From NCBI GenBank assembly GCA_963822965.1, contig CAWGJT010000010.1, positions 1 through 64,000 of the forward strand: a DNA stretch of 64,000 nt. Reading direction: 5' to 3'. Source of the DNA: an uncultured delta proteobacterium (GTDB taxonomy: Bacteria; Myxococcota_A; UBA9160; UBA4427). The translations under genes and the position numbers were made by a program. This document shows, one piece after another, positions 40,436 through 53,100 of this stretch. The notes beneath the pieces were generated by a model. It saw only the letters and a list, made by a program, of their open reading frames with translations. It did not search any database and was not told where the DNA came from. How positions within the stretch are numbered: position 1 is the first letter of the stretch; each line of letters opens with the position of its first letter.

Positions 40436-41598
40436 CCGGCCAGCGCCCGGCGCAGGGGCTCGCCCACGATCTCGACCTCGCCCTCGTGGCGGGCGAGCAG
40501 GTGCCGCGCGATCTCCACCTCCACCTCGCGCCGGTGGACCGCCGCGTAGCCGTTGGGAATCTCGGGCGCGCCCGGGTAGCTGCCCTCGGCGTGCTCGAAG
40601 AGATCGATGCCGGCGACGATCAGGCGCCGGGGGCGAAGCAGCAGGGCGGTCGCCAGCATGGACATGCCGTTGGTCGGCCGCGCGGGCCAGCGGCGCTCGT
40701 CCAGCACATCGGAGACGCGCCCGAGACAGAAGTGCTCGATGCGCGGCCGGCGGCGCAGTACGTGGCGGTCGAGGACCGTCCCCTCGTCGTCGCTGGTGCG
40801 GAACCCGAAGACGCAGTCGCGAACGAGGCGGATCGTCTTCGACTCCCCCAGGAAGACCATGTCGGGGCGGTCGAAGACACCCCGCTCGAGCCAGCGGTAG
40901 TTCACGCGGAAGAGGGCGTCGAAGGTCACCTGCTCGAGCCGGGGGTCCTCGCACGAGGGGCCGTTTCCCAGGCACAGGATCGTCTCGGGATGCCCGAGGC
41001 GCGCGCCCAGGCCGAGGAGGTCGAATCGCCGGGTGCGGAGGCGACGCGCGGCCCGCCCGGCTGCCGTGGCCAGGAAGCGCGCCTCGAGCGCCCGGCGGGT
41101 CGTCAGCCGGCGGCGTCCCGGGCGGAGCTCGATCCCGGCCGTCACCCGCTCGTACACCGCTTCCGGCTCGCGCAGGTCGCTCTCGCGGAGCCGCAGGACC
41201 GAGCGCCCGCGAGCCTCCAGGCGTCGCGTCAGGGTCGAGCCGGGGCCCGGGCCGGCCCCGAGCACGATGAGCAGCCGGGGCTTGAGGTTCGCCAGGAATC
41301 GCGCGGGGCAGCCGCCGCCGGGAAAGGGGAGGGGCAGGGCCGCCTCGGGCCCGTGGCGGCCGCGCAGCCAGTCCCGTGTGGCGCGCAAATGCGAGGTGAA
41401 GCGGGGCAGGTTGCGCGGATAGTCGGCCGCGCAGCGCTCCAGCAGCGGCTCCACGAGCCGGAAGAGCCGGGGGTCGTCGCCGTGCACCCAGAGGGTGCTG
41501 TCGGCCGAGCGGGGCAGCCGGCCCAGTCGCTGCCGGAGGTCCTCGGGCAGGCGGTGGGCCTGCTGGAGCCGCAGCAAAGTCCTGGCGATCACGGTCAA
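40432..41598 (-). CDS. Two-domain glycosylation protein: Kdo-transferase-N-like plus sialyltransferase/DUF115-like
   Basis: TLWVHG..LPFP..RFLANLKPRLLIV; ILCLGNGPS..FRVN..PTNG..LIVAGIDLF. Confidence 0.55.
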   Translation of the reverse strand: MTVIARTLLRLQQAHRLPEDLRQRLGRLPRSADSTLWVHGDDPRLFRLVEPLLERCAADYPRNLPRFTSHLRATRDWLRGRHGPEAALPLPFPGGGCPARFLANLKPRLLIVLGAGPGPGSTLTRRLEARGRSVLRLRESDLREPEAVYERVTAGIELRPGRRRLTTRRALEARFLATAAGRAARRLRTRRFDLLGLGARLGHPETILCLGNGPSCEDPRLEQVTFDALFRVNYRWLERGVFDRPDMVFLGESKTIRLVRDCVFGFRTSDDEGTVLDRHVLRRRPRIEHFCLGRVSDVLDERRWPARPTNGMSMLATALLLRPRRLIVAGIDLFEHAEGSYPGAPEIPNGYAAVHRREVEVEIARHLLARHEGEVEIVGEPLRRALAG

Positions 41599-41749
41599 TC
41601 GGCACCCCGTCCTCGGCCCGAGGGTGGGGAGGATGGGGAAGGAAGCGCCATCCGGCCAGCTCTCGACCCGCGAAGCGCCCCGCGCGAGAGATGCCCGGTA
41701 TGTCGATGCGTCCTACACCCGGTAGGATCCGGATGGGGAGGTACGGGCA

Positions 41750-42367
41750 ATGAGGTACCGACAGAACCGTCGTGAGTCGTACGGTCGAACGTCGGTGGTG
41801 CGCGGGTGGCTCGTGCTCCTCGTCGTGGGGACGGTGGCCATCGCGGCAGAGGCCCGGGCCGAGGACGGGTTTGTATACGCCGGCAAGCCCGTTCACCCGG
41901 GCTGTGTCCACGCGCTGGCCATGAACCAGGGCGACAGCATGCCCGTGACGACGGCGGTGAGCCTCGAGGGCTGCGCCAACAGCGATCGCTCGAAGAGCGA
42001 GGTGCACCGCGACGACGATCTGCTCGTGATCGAGGACGGCGCGCTGCTGGGCGGCGGCTCCTTCGGCTACCGGGTGCTCAACCGGCTGGACAACGGCATC
42101 TACGGCCTCGCTATCCGCCGGGTGCTTCCCGACGGCAAGGAGCGGGTGAGCCTCGCCGCCGTGCAGATGGTCGCCCGCGCCATGATCCTCGACGGACGCA
42201 TCGTCAACCTGATGCAGCTCGAGCTGCTGGGAGAGCTCTGGGTTCCCGACATGCAGCTCACGAGCTTCCGGAGCGCGGGCAACTCCGTCCACTTCGTCTC
42301 CGGGGTCGGCCCCGACCGGGTCGAACGCGACGTCGACTTGACCCGGCTCGGCAAGAAACGGAAGTAG
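41750..42367 (+). CDS. Secreted hypothetical protein
   Basis: Signal-like WLVLLVVGTVAIAAEARA, followed by a globular domain. Confidence 0.65.
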   Translation: MRYRQNRRESYGRTSVVRGWLVLLVVGTVAIAAEARAEDGFVYAGKPVHPGCVHALAMNQGDSMPVTTAVSLEGCANSDRSKSEVHRDDDLLVIEDGALLGGGSFGYRVLNRLDNGIYGLAIRRVLPDGKERVSLAAVQMVARAMILDGRIVNLMQLELLGELWVPDMQLTSFRSAGNSVHFVSGVGPDRVERDVDLTRLGKKRK

Positions 42368-42400
42368 CCGGGAAGCACGGCTTGCACCGGGGCCTTCAGA

Positions 42401-42514
42401 CGGAACGATCACAAGCGGAACTATCACAAGCGGAACTATCACAAGCGGAACTATCACAAGCGGAACTATCACAAGTAAGTATCACAAGTAAGTATCACAA
42501 GTAAGTATCACAAG
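42401..42514. repeat. Biphasic tandem array: 15 bp x5 then 13 bp x3, sharing core ATCACAAG
   Basis: CGGAACTATCACAAG x5 (first copy variant), then TAAGTATCACAAG x3, then AGGAG. Confidence 0.95.
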
Positions 42515-42526
42515 AGGAGCATCGAC

Positions 42527-43721
<1,195 letters not shown>

Positions 43722-43732
<11 letters not shown>

Positions 43733-45428
43733 AGATCTGGAAGTGGCTGCTCCGCGGCTCGACCTGGATGGTCTGCACCGAGACCCGGCCGTCGGGGAAC
43801 ACCGCGCGCACCTCGTGAGATCCCGCGGACAGCCGGAGGTTCGCGATCGGCGTGGGGCCGACCTTCCTGCCGTCGATCTCGAGCTCCGCCCAGGGCACGG
43901 CGTTGAGGTTGACGCCGACGGCCGGTCCGGGCTGGACCACCGGCCGGGCCGGCGGCGATACGCGTGCGGGGGCGGGCTTGGGGGCAGGCTTCGGACGAAC
44001 GGCCGCGGGCTTCGGACGAACGGGTGCCGGCTTGGGGCGTGCCGGCGCGGGCTTGGGAACGGGCGCGGGCTTGGGGCGAACGGGCGCGGGCTTGGGGCGA
44101 ACGGGCGCGGGGGGCACCACCGGAGCCGGCTTCGGGGCGGCCGCAGGCACCGCCGCCACGACCTCGGGTGCAGGGGTGGGCTCTTCGGCCGGCGCGGTCT
44201 CGGGCTCCGCGACGACCGGGGGCGGTGACGCCTGCTCCTGCTCGGCGGCCTCGTCGCGTACGCGTGCGGCGGCTTCGAAGGCGGCATCCAGCATCGGCGG
44301 CACCTGGCGCGCGTAGCGGATGATGTCCGGCGACACGATCACGAGGCCCACGAGGAACGCGGCCGTCGCCGTCCAGCGCAGGGCCCGCTTCGGCCACGAG
44401 GTCCGCCGCGGCGCGGTGCCGTCGGCGTACTGCGGCGGCGGCGTGCGGTCGCTCCGTTTCGGGGCCGGTGCCGGAGCGGGCACCGGAGCGGCAGCGGGCG
44501 CGGCAGGGACGGCAGTCGGTGTCGGTGTCGGTGCCACGGATGCCGGTGCCACGGATGCCGGCCCTACGGGCGCCGGCGCTGCGGGCGCGGGTGCGGACGC
44601 CGATGCGTGCGACGGCGGGGTTCGCGGCTCTGCCAGCTCGAGGGGCGGCTCGTCGGGGGGCACGTCGCGCAGCATCGCCTCGAGCACGGTGTCGAGCTTC
44701 GAGGGGCTCTTCGGCGCGTCGGGTCGAGGGGCAGCGGGTGCGCCGGGCGCGCCGGGCGCGAGCAGTGGCTTCGCCGGAGGGCGCGCGGGCGGCCGCGCGT
44801 CGGGCTTCGATGCCGTCAGCGAGGTGGCGAGCCGCAGCTTCGTGGGCGCCGCCCTGGGCCGGGCGGGCTTTGCGGGCGCCGCAGCGGGCCGGGGCCCTTC
44901 GGAGTCCTCGCCCGGCTGGGACGCCGAGGGGTCCGACGGCTTCGCCTTCAGCTCGATCTTCGAGACGCCGACGCCGAGCCGCGCGCCGAGCTCGTGGGTC
45001 GGGTCTTCGATGGATGTGGAGTCGCGATCGACCAGCAGTACCAGCCGGTGCGCGTCGAGCAGGTTGGCGATGGTGTGCAGCGAGCGCAGCGAGGCCTTGG
45101 GGATCGCGAGCGCGTCCGGCAGCAGCAGGACCATCCGCGCCTTGGGCGACTCCGGATCCCGGGCCCGCGGCTTCGCGGCCTTGCCGTCCGACCCGTTCTG
45201 GCGGGCGGCGGTGATGGCCGCGGCTACGCAGTCGGCCACGCTGTCCTGCTGGCCGGCGATGCGCACGCTGACGGCGTCGAAGTCGCCCCGGAGCGCGTCG
45301 GTGAGCATCTGCGGCAGCTGGCGGATGATCTCGCGATCGGCGATCACGACGATGTCCGCGCGACCGAACGCCACCGCGCGGCACGCCTCTTCCACCAGCC
45401 GCTGGACGGCCTCGGCGCGAGCGTTCAT
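43722..45428 (-). CDS. Pro/Ala-rich membrane protein with C-terminal PEGA-like domain
   Basis: TM ATAAFLVGLVIV, PKPAPVR repeats, NAVPWAELEIDGRKVGPTPI..L.AGSHEV. Confidence 0.75.
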
Positions 45429-45874
45429 CGGCGCTTCCCCGCGTCCGGAGCGTCGCGCAGCTTGCGGAACAGGCGCACGACGCGCGGCGAGGCGTTGCTC
45501 TCGTCCAGCGACAGCAGTGGCCAGGCATAGACGGCGCGCTCCATGCTGCCGAGCGCACCGGCGTCGTCACCCAGCGCCACCTGGGCGGTGCACACGGACA
45601 CCTCCATCCGACCGCGCGCCTCCTGCGACTTGGGGCCGCGCGGAACCTCGTCGGCCCACCGGCGCGTCGCTTCGGCGACCTCGATGGCCTTCTCGAAGTG
45701 CGCGCCGTTGGCCAGGGCCTCGACCTCGGCGACGGCCTGCTCGAGCTGCGCCAGATCGTGCGGACGCGCCCGCCCGCCCGCGTCGTCCGCCCAGGCAGGG
45801 CGCATGGCGACGACCGCGAACACGCAGAGCAACGTCGTAACGAGCCGGGTCTTCTGGGACCGCCGGCCGAGCAT
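45425..45874 (-). CDS. Exported TPR-like protein
   Basis: GAGGAGG RBS, signal peptide, helical repeat. ATGA-coupled to the PEGA gene. Confidence 0.7.
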   Translation of the reverse strand: MLGRRSQKTRLVTTLLCVFAVVAMRPAWADDAGGRARPHDLAQLEQAVAEVEALANGAHFEKAIEVAEATRRWADEVPRGPKSQEARGRMEVSVCTAQVALGDDAGALGSMERAVYAWPLLSLDESNASPRVVRLFRKLRDAPDAGKRR

Positions 45875-46058
45875 CGGACCTCCTCGAGCAGGGGCTGCGG
45901 GTCGGGCAGCCCCCCTCCGTATCGCCCGACCGGCCCGCGGACTTGGCATCCAGCCCCCGAATTCGAAGCGCTTTTGCGGGCTGTGACGGCGGCGGAAGAA
46001 TCGCGTGGAGCTGCAGGGCCGCAGCTTCTTTCGAACCGGCCGGGCTCCTCGTGTTAAG

Positions 46059-48368
46059 ATGGCCGGCGAGATGCCCGTCCCGGATCGAGCCCGGACCGAC
46101 GACGCGCGCGCGTGGTGGATTGGCCTGCTCCGCCTCGCGATGGCTGCGCTCCTGGTTGCCGCTGCCTTGCCGGCGGGCGCCGACACCTTCACCGTCAGCA
46201 GCCTGGTGCCCGACGGGGAAGGGGGCGTCCTCCAGGCCTTCGCGGCCGCGAACCTCAATCCCGGTCCGGACACGATCATCTTCGCGATCGGCTCCCAGAC
46301 GATCCCGATGACGAGCCAGCTCTTCGTCGGCGAGCCCACCACCATCCGCGCGGAGGGCGGCACGCCGGTGCTGGACGGGTCGAACGCCGCCTCGACCGAC
46401 CGGGGCCTCCTCCTCACCGGCAGCTCCATCCGGGTGACCGGGCTCGCGATCCGGAACTTCCCGAACGTCGCCATCGAGGTCCGGGGCTCGGACGTCACCA
46501 TCGAGAGCTGCATCCTCAGCGGCTCGCAGTTCGGCGTGCTGGTCAGCGGAGTCGCCGCAGCGCGGAACGTCCAGATCGGTGGTCTTCCGGACAAGGGCAA
46601 CTTCATCTACGGAAACACGTTCGGGATCTCCACCGAGCCCGGCGCCGAGCAGATCGGAATCACCTACAACGTCGTCGGGATCGACGAGCAGGGCGTCGTG
46701 TCGCCGAACACCGTGGGCATCGCGCTGGGGGGCGACTCGAGCGCCATCGCCACGAACGTGGTCTCCGGGAACACCCTGTACGGCATCTCGGTGGCCGGCG
46801 CCGGCGCCATCGTCTCCGACAACAACATCGGCCTCACCCGGGACGAGATGTCCGCCGCTCCCAACGGAACCGGCATCCTCGTCACGGGGGACGAAGCGTT
46901 CATCGCGCCCTTCGTGCTCGACCGGGACGGGCCCAACGTGATCTCGGGCAACACCGGAGACGGCATCGTGCTCGGCGCCTCCCGCGCGATCGTCCTGGGC
47001 AACCGCATCGGAGTCCATCGGACCCTGCCCCTCGCCTTCCCGAACGGAGGCGACGGCATCCGGATCGAGGGCCCGTCCAACCAGATCGGGGTCGAGGCGG
47101 GCCAGGGCAACACGATCGGCGCCAACGGGGGCGTCGGAATCCGCATCCAGGGGCCGCTGGCGACCCAGAATTCGCTGCGGAGCAACGTGATCGGGGGGGC
47201 CTTCCCGAACGGGGGGAGCGGCATCCGGATCGAAGCCCCGGCCAATCGCGTCGGGACCGACCCCATGGAGCCCCCCGGCGCCAACACCATCGGCGCCAAC
47301 GGGCTCGACGGCATCGAGATCGTCGGTCCCGACGCGTTCGGCAACCTCATCGACGGAAACCTCGTCGAGAACAACCCCGCCAGCGGCATCCACATCGTGG
47401 ACGCCTCGGACAACCTCGTCGGCTCGACGATCCCGAACGAGATTCGGGGCAATGCCCTGAACGGCGTCGACGTGGACGCCCAGTCCGAGATCGCGGATCG
47501 GAACACCATCCGCCGGAACCGCATCACCCAGAACGACGGCTTCGGGATCGCGCTCTTCGGAACGGCCCAGGCCAGCATCGACGCGCCGACCACCGAGCTC
47601 GTGGACAAGGGAAGCAACGGCGTGACCGGCACCGCGCTTCCCGACGCCACCGTGGACCTCTATTCCGACCCCGACGACGAGGGCGCGTTCTACATCGGCT
47701 CGGCCACCGCCGACGGGACGGGGAGCTATTCGAGCGCCGGCTCCCTCGCGCTGTGGGCGGGCTCCTTCGTGAACGCCACGCAGACCGACGTCGACGGGAA
47801 CACGTCGGAGTTCAGCGTCCCGCTGCCGATCCCCACCGGCCGGGTCTCGGTCCTCCCGATGGTGGGAGACACCCTGTGCCTGAACCACCTGGACGCCGAC
47901 CAGGTGGTTCCCCCGGGCGCCAGCGACGCGATCGGGACGGCGACGTTCGCCGTCGAGACCGTGGGCGAAGCCGTGCTCCTGCGCATCGATCACACGGTCC
48001 AGAGCCCGACGGCGGCCGAGATCCGCCTGGGCGCGCCGGGCGAGAACGGCCCGGTGGTGCTGGACCTCGGTGCCCCCGAGAGCCCGGTGATCGCGGTCCT
48101 CCAGGGCATCGACTTCCGCACCTTCACTGGGGGAGACCACTACCTGCTCATCTCGAGCTCGGACGCGCCGGCGGGCGAGATCCGCGGGCCCGTCCTGTGT
48201 CCCGAGCCTGCGCCCGCCGTGCAGGCCCTGGCCGCGCTCCTGGGCCTCCTGGGCCTGCGCGTCCGCTGCTCGTCCTCCTCCCGGACACCCCGGCGAGCTC
48301 GGCTCTCGCGGCCTCTTCGCTCGGCTCTCCCACTCTCTCGGCTTTATCGGCGGGGGGCGGTGGGGTAG
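46059..48368 (+). CDS. Parallel beta-helix + CHRD-like domain protein with PEP-CTERM-like tail (start uncertain)
   Basis: Repeats NVISGN..GI and NTIGANG..GI; CHRD-like QVVPP..GTATF..GAPGENGPVV..PAGEIRG; CPEP followed by a hydrophobic stretch and R. Confidence 0.8.
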   Translation: MAGEMPVPDRARTDDARAWWIGLLRLAMAALLVAAALPAGADTFTVSSLVPDGEGGVLQAFAAANLNPGPDTIIFAIGSQTIPMTSQLFVGEPTTIRAEGGTPVLDGSNAASTDRGLLLTGSSIRVTGLAIRNFPNVAIEVRGSDVTIESCILSGSQFGVLVSGVAAARNVQIGGLPDKGNFIYGNTFGISTEPGAEQIGITYNVVGIDEQGVVSPNTVGIALGGDSSAIATNVVSGNTLYGISVAGAGAIVSDNNIGLTRDEMSAAPNGTGILVTGDEAFIAPFVLDRDGPNVISGNTGDGIVLGASRAIVLGNRIGVHRTLPLAFPNGGDGIRIEGPSNQIGVEAGQGNTIGANGGVGIRIQGPLATQNSLRSNVIGGAFPNGGSGIRIEAPANRVGTDPMEPPGANTIGANGLDGIEIVGPDAFGNLIDGNLVENNPASGIHIVDASDNLVGSTIPNEIRGNALNGVDVDAQSEIADRNTIRRNRITQNDGFGIALFGTAQASIDAPTTELVDKGSNGVTGTALPDATVDLYSDPDDEGAFYIGSATADGTGSYSSAGSLALWAGSFVNATQTDVDGNTSEFSVPLPIPTGRVSVLPMVGDTLCLNHLDADQVVPPGASDAIGTATFAVETVGEAVLLRIDHTVQSPTAAEIRLGAPGENGPVVLDLGAPESPVIAVLQGIDFRTFTGGDHYLLISSSDAPAGEIRGPVLCPEPAPAVQALAALLGLLGLRVRCSSSSRTPRRARLSRPLRSALPLSRLYRRGAVG

Positions 48369-48409
48369 CCTGAGGTCTGGCCCAGGGGGCCCGGCCCCCG
48401 CTCCGGTGT

Positions 48410-50137
48410 GTGGGCGATCCGCTGGCGACGTTCAACTACATCAAGGCGATCTGGAACAACGGCTCGGGCGTCGTCTCCGACGCACCGGGCTGGGTCGAGA
48501 ACGCCGTCGAGCGCGTGCTTCCCGTCTGGATGTCCGCTCACCAGCGCGAGCTCGTGGGCGTGCACCACGACCCCGAGAGCGGTCTGCACCTGGCCATCTT
48601 CGTGAGCCCGGGGGCGTCCGGCAGCGAGTGCCTGCTGGAGGACGCGGCCGACGGCAGCTTCGTCCACGTGGTGGCAAGCGATCGCGACGACCCTCCGAGC
48701 CCGGCCTTCGACGACGCGCGGGCGCTCTTCGAGTCGGTCTATGGCGCACCCCTGTCCGACGCGGCGGTTCGGCAGCAGCGAAACTTCATGCTCCTCGACT
48801 TCCCGTACCACCGGGACCTGGCGACGGATCTCTTCGTCAGCAAGGACCGGGTCGAGCCTCTCGCCGAGCGCTCGGCCCCGCCCGCCGGGCTCGTCGGATC
48901 GACCGGCAGCTCCACGGCGTTCGCCGTCGAAGCCGCCGACGACTCCCTCTCGCTCGGCTCCCTGCTCGGCCCTCGCGCACCGCAGTCGCAGCCGAAGCCT
49001 GCGGACGGGCTGCCCTTCGACCAGGGCCTCTCCTACCAGGAGGTGCTCGCGAGGCTCGGGAACGCGGTCCAGGGGAACGCGCTGGAGAGAGCCCGCGCCG
49101 CCGAGGTCGAGCACCCGCCGGCACCCAGCGCCGACGACCGATCGGTCGCGCCCGACCTCGTGGCCGAGCTGGTGGGCGAGACGCAGCCCTTCGATCTCGC
49201 TGCCTTCCAGCCCGCCCGCGCCCGCAGGCGCTCCGCCGCGGCGAGGGATGCCTGGTCGCCCCTCTACGCCGCCACGGGCTACGCGGTGCTGCTGCTCCTG
49301 GTGCTGGGCATCCTGGTGGTGGCGCTGCGCCTGCCGGTAGCCCCGGTGGACGAGAGCCCGCTGCCGGTGGCAGTCGAAGCGAACCCGGCGTCTGCGGCCG
49401 CCGAGGCGATGCCGGAGCCGGTAGTGGTCGAGGTGATGCCCGATCCGGTGGCGGCCCAGGCGCCCGCGCCCACCGCGATCGCCGAAGCCCGTGACGGAGC
49501 CCGCGAGCTCCTCGTGTCGCCCGTCGCGGTCGAGCCCGAGCCCTCGTCCGAGACCGCCGCGCGAAAGCCCTCGGTCGAGGTGGCAGTGCTCGTTCCGCCC
49601 CCCGTCGCCGCCGAGCCCGAGGTCGCGCGCGAGGTCGCCTTGCCCGATGCGCGCCTCTCTGCCGTCGCCGCAAGCCCGGCGGTCGCCGCAAGCCCGGCGG
49701 TCGCCGCAAGCCCCGCGGTCGCCGAGAGCCCCGCGGTCGCCGAGAGCCAGGTCGTCGTGGAAGAGCCCCCGGCAGCAGCTCCCCGGGAAACAACGTCGAG
49801 CGGGGTTGCCGCGTCGGCAGCCGTCGCCGCCCTGCCGCGCGTGTCCAGCGGTGTGGCCTCCGTCGAGGCCGACTCCACCGCCACCACCGCGATCGCAGCC
49901 GGTGACGTCGGAACCGAGACGGAGAGCGCGGGGATCGAGAGCCGGCAGACGCAGCCCACGGCGATCCAGACGGGCCCGGGTGAGCAGGCCCGGCAAGAAC
50001 CGCAGGCCCAGCAACGAGACCAACAGGTCCAGCAAGAAGCCCAGCAGCAAGAACCGCAGCAGCAAGAAGCCCAGCAAGAAGAGAGACGTGAGCGCGCGCG
50101 CAAGCGGCTGATGCGCCAGCTCCAGCGCTACCGCTAG
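48410..50137 (+). CDS. Hypothetical single-TM protein with low-complexity C-terminus
   Basis: Globular N-terminus, TM AVLLLLVLGILVVAL, ASPAVA and Q-rich repeats. Confidence 0.65.
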   Translation: MGDPLATFNYIKAIWNNGSGVVSDAPGWVENAVERVLPVWMSAHQRELVGVHHDPESGLHLAIFVSPGASGSECLLEDAADGSFVHVVASDRDDPPSPAFDDARALFESVYGAPLSDAAVRQQRNFMLLDFPYHRDLATDLFVSKDRVEPLAERSAPPAGLVGSTGSSTAFAVEAADDSLSLGSLLGPRAPQSQPKPADGLPFDQGLSYQEVLARLGNAVQGNALERARAAEVEHPPAPSADDRSVAPDLVAELVGETQPFDLAAFQPARARRRSAAARDAWSPLYAATGYAVLLLLVLGILVVALRLPVAPVDESPLPVAVEANPASAAAEAMPEPVVVEVMPDPVAAQAPAPTAIAEARDGARELLVSPVAVEPEPSSETAARKPSVEVAVLVPPPVAAEPEVAREVALPDARLSAVAASPAVAASPAVAASPAVAESPAVAESQVVVEEPPAAAPRETTSSGVAASAAVAALPRVSSGVASVEADSTATTAIAAGDVGTETESAGIESRQTQPTAIQTGPGEQARQEPQAQQRDQQVQQEAQQQEPQQQEAQQEERRERARKRLMRQLQRYR

Positions 50138-50141
50138 CCCT

Positions 50142-53100
50142 TCACTTCTCGGTCGCCCAGGAGGCCGTCCGCCTTCTGCGGCCCCGGGCCTGCAGCCACA
50201 GCAACGTTCCCAGGGCTGCCGTCACGAGCTGAGCCATCGTCGGCTCGGGCACCGGGCCGACGTCCGCGGGCTGCAGCCCCATGGTGGTGACGTGCACGGC
50301 GTCCACCCCCGGCGTCGCGCCGAAGGCATCCTCGCCGTAGCCCACGTAGGCCACCGCGTCCCTCACGGCGACGTCCCAGACGTGGCCCCGGGATTCGAAG
50401 GGATCGAGCTCGAGCGGATCGGACGGGTCGCTCACGTCGAAGATGCGAAGCTCGGGGGAGTCCTCGGCCAGGAAGGCGCGCGTCCCTGCGACGGTGGTCT
50501 CGTAGACCGCCGCCACGCCGGGCACCCGGCTCGGAATCCGGGCGATCATCTGCGGAAGCGTGGGCTCGGTGACGTCCAGGACGTAGACCCCTTCCTGGAA
50601 GGCGGACAGATAGGCCAGCGTCTGGTCGCCCCAGTGTACCACCTCGACGTCCTGGCCCGGCCCGCTGCCCGAGGGCGTGTCGAAGGCGCCGATGAGGGTC
50701 GGGGCTTCCACGTTGCTGGGATCCACCACCCGCAGGCCCCGGGTCGTCGCCACGTAGGCGATGCCGTCCACGAAGTCCACGTCGATGGAGGCGCCGAAGT
50801 TCGCGTCCGTGCGGCCCACGTGGCCCAGCTCCTGGGGGTCGGCGGGATCGCTCACGTCGTAGAGCTCGAGCCCGCCGTTGTGATCGGCCACGAAGAGCAG
50901 CAGGTCGTCCTCGGCCACCTCGACGTCGAGCGCGAATCCGGGCGTATCGACGACCGCCAGGAAGGTCGGGTTCGAGACGTCCGCGATCGAGGCGATCCAG
51001 AAGCCGCACGGGCCCGCGGCCAGATAGGTGATCGCGCTGCGCGACTCCGCGTCCACGTCCTCGACGTTGGCGGGCACGGTCGAGAAGCCGTCCTTGCACG
51101 TGCCGGGATCGAGGGCGCCCACCGGGTGCGGCCCCAGCTGCGAGAACTCCAGCAAGCGAAGGCCGCCAGCCTCGGCCGCCACCAGCACCAGGTTGCGGTC
51201 CGAGAACTGGCTGAGCTCGATGTCCCGGGCCCACGCGTCGAAGCTCGGGAGCTCGCAGGTGTCCCCGTCGTCGACCGAGCCGTCGCAGTCGTCGTCGAGT
51301 CCGTCGAGGCACAGCTCCATGCCGGGCCCCGGCAGCGGGACGCAGGCCTGGGACACGCCATCCACGCAGCTGGCGACGCTGGTCTCGCATACGCCGACGC
51401 CGCAGGAGATGGGGCCGAAGCCGTTGTCGGCGACGCCGCTGCAGTCGTCGTCGAGCCCGTTGCAGATCTCGCTGGTGGGGCCGTTCATCACCTGGGTGAC
51501 CTGGAAGGAGCCGCCGATGCAGCTCTGGATGCCCTCCTGGCACTCGCCCACGTCCGAGCCCGTGACGATGTCCGCGATGCCGTCGTCGTCCTCGCCGTCG
51601 CAGTCGTCGTCGAGGCCGTTGCACACCTCGGTCGCCGGGAGGATCTCGGTCTGCGTGACCTGGAAGGTTCCGCCGAGGCAGGACTGGATCTCGGTCCGGC
51701 ACTCACCCACGTCCGAGCCGGTGACGATGTTCGGGATGTCGTCCGCGATGGAGTTGCAGTTCTCGTCTTTGCCGTTGCAGATCTCCTCGGTCGGATCGAT
51801 GCGTGTCTGCGTCACCTGGAACGAGCCGTCGATGCACTCCTGGATCTCGGCGCGACACTCGCCGATGGTGACGCCCGTCGCGATGGGCTGGATGCCGTCG
51901 TCTGGCACGGCGTCGCAATCGTCGTCGAGGCCGTTGCAGACCTCGGTGATCGGCTCGATGCCGGCCTGGACGATGGTGACGGCGCCGCCGACGCAGCGCT
52001 GGATCTCGGTCTGGCACTCGCCCACGCTCGAGCCCGTGACCACGTCCGCGAGGCCGTCGTCGGGCAGGCTGTTGCAGTCGTCGTCGAGTCCGTTGCAGGT
52101 CTCGGCGGTGGCCTCGATGGCGGCCTGGGTGACCCGGAAGGATCCGTCCACGCAGCTCTGGATCTCGCTCTGGCACGCGCCCACGTCCGTGCCGGTGACG
52201 ATGTCCGCAATGCCGTCGTCGGGCAGGCTGTTGCAGTCGTCGTCGAGCCCGTTGCAGGTCTCGGCGGTGGGCGGAATCGCCGTCTGGGTCACCTGGAAGG
52301 CGCCGCCGATGCAGCTCTGGATCTCGGTCTGGCACTCGCCGACGTCGGTGCCGGTCGTCAGGTCGGCGATGCCGTCGTCGGGCAGGCTGTTGCAGTCGTC
52401 GTCGAGGCCGTTGCAGGTCTCGGTTGCGGGCAGGATGCCGGGCTGGGTGATCTGGAGGGCGCCTCCGACGCAGCTCTGGATCTCGGTGCGGCACTCGCCC
52501 ACGTCGGTGCCCGTGACGACGTCGGCGATGCCGTCGTCGGCCTGACCGTTGCAGTCGTCGTCCAGGCTGTTGCAGGTCTCGGCGGCGGGGCCGATGGCGG
52601 TCTGGGTCACCTCGTAGGCGCCGGCCACGCAGGTCTGGATCTCGGTCTGGCACTCGCCGATGTCCGAGCCCGTGACGAGGTTCCCCACGTTGTCGTCCGG
52701 CACGGTGTCGCAGTCGTCGTCCAGCCCGTTGCAGATCTCGACGGTGGGCCCGATCGCGGGCCGGGTCACCTGGAAGGAGCCGCCGATGCAGCTCTGGATC
52801 TCGGCCTGGCACTCGCCCACGTCCGAGCCGTTCACCCGGTCGGCGATCTCCTCGTCGATGTCCGTATCGCAGTCGTCGTCCAGCCCGTTGCACACCTCCG
52901 GCGCGGGCCCGACGCCGGTCTGGGTGATCTGGAAGGTGCCATCGATGCAGCTCTGGATCTCGGCCTGGCACTGGCCGGTGTCCGTGCTGGTCACGATGTC
53001 TTCGATGTTGTCGTCCGGCACGGTGTCGCAGTCGTCGTCGAGCCCGTTGCACACCTCGGTGGTGGGCAGGATTCCCGCCTGGGTGACCTGGAACGCGCCG

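Noticed and set aside
43975..44110. PKPAPVR coding repeats (also ASPAVA near 49670-49750) as distinct elements
   Set aside because: These are ordinary low-complexity linker repeats within proteins.
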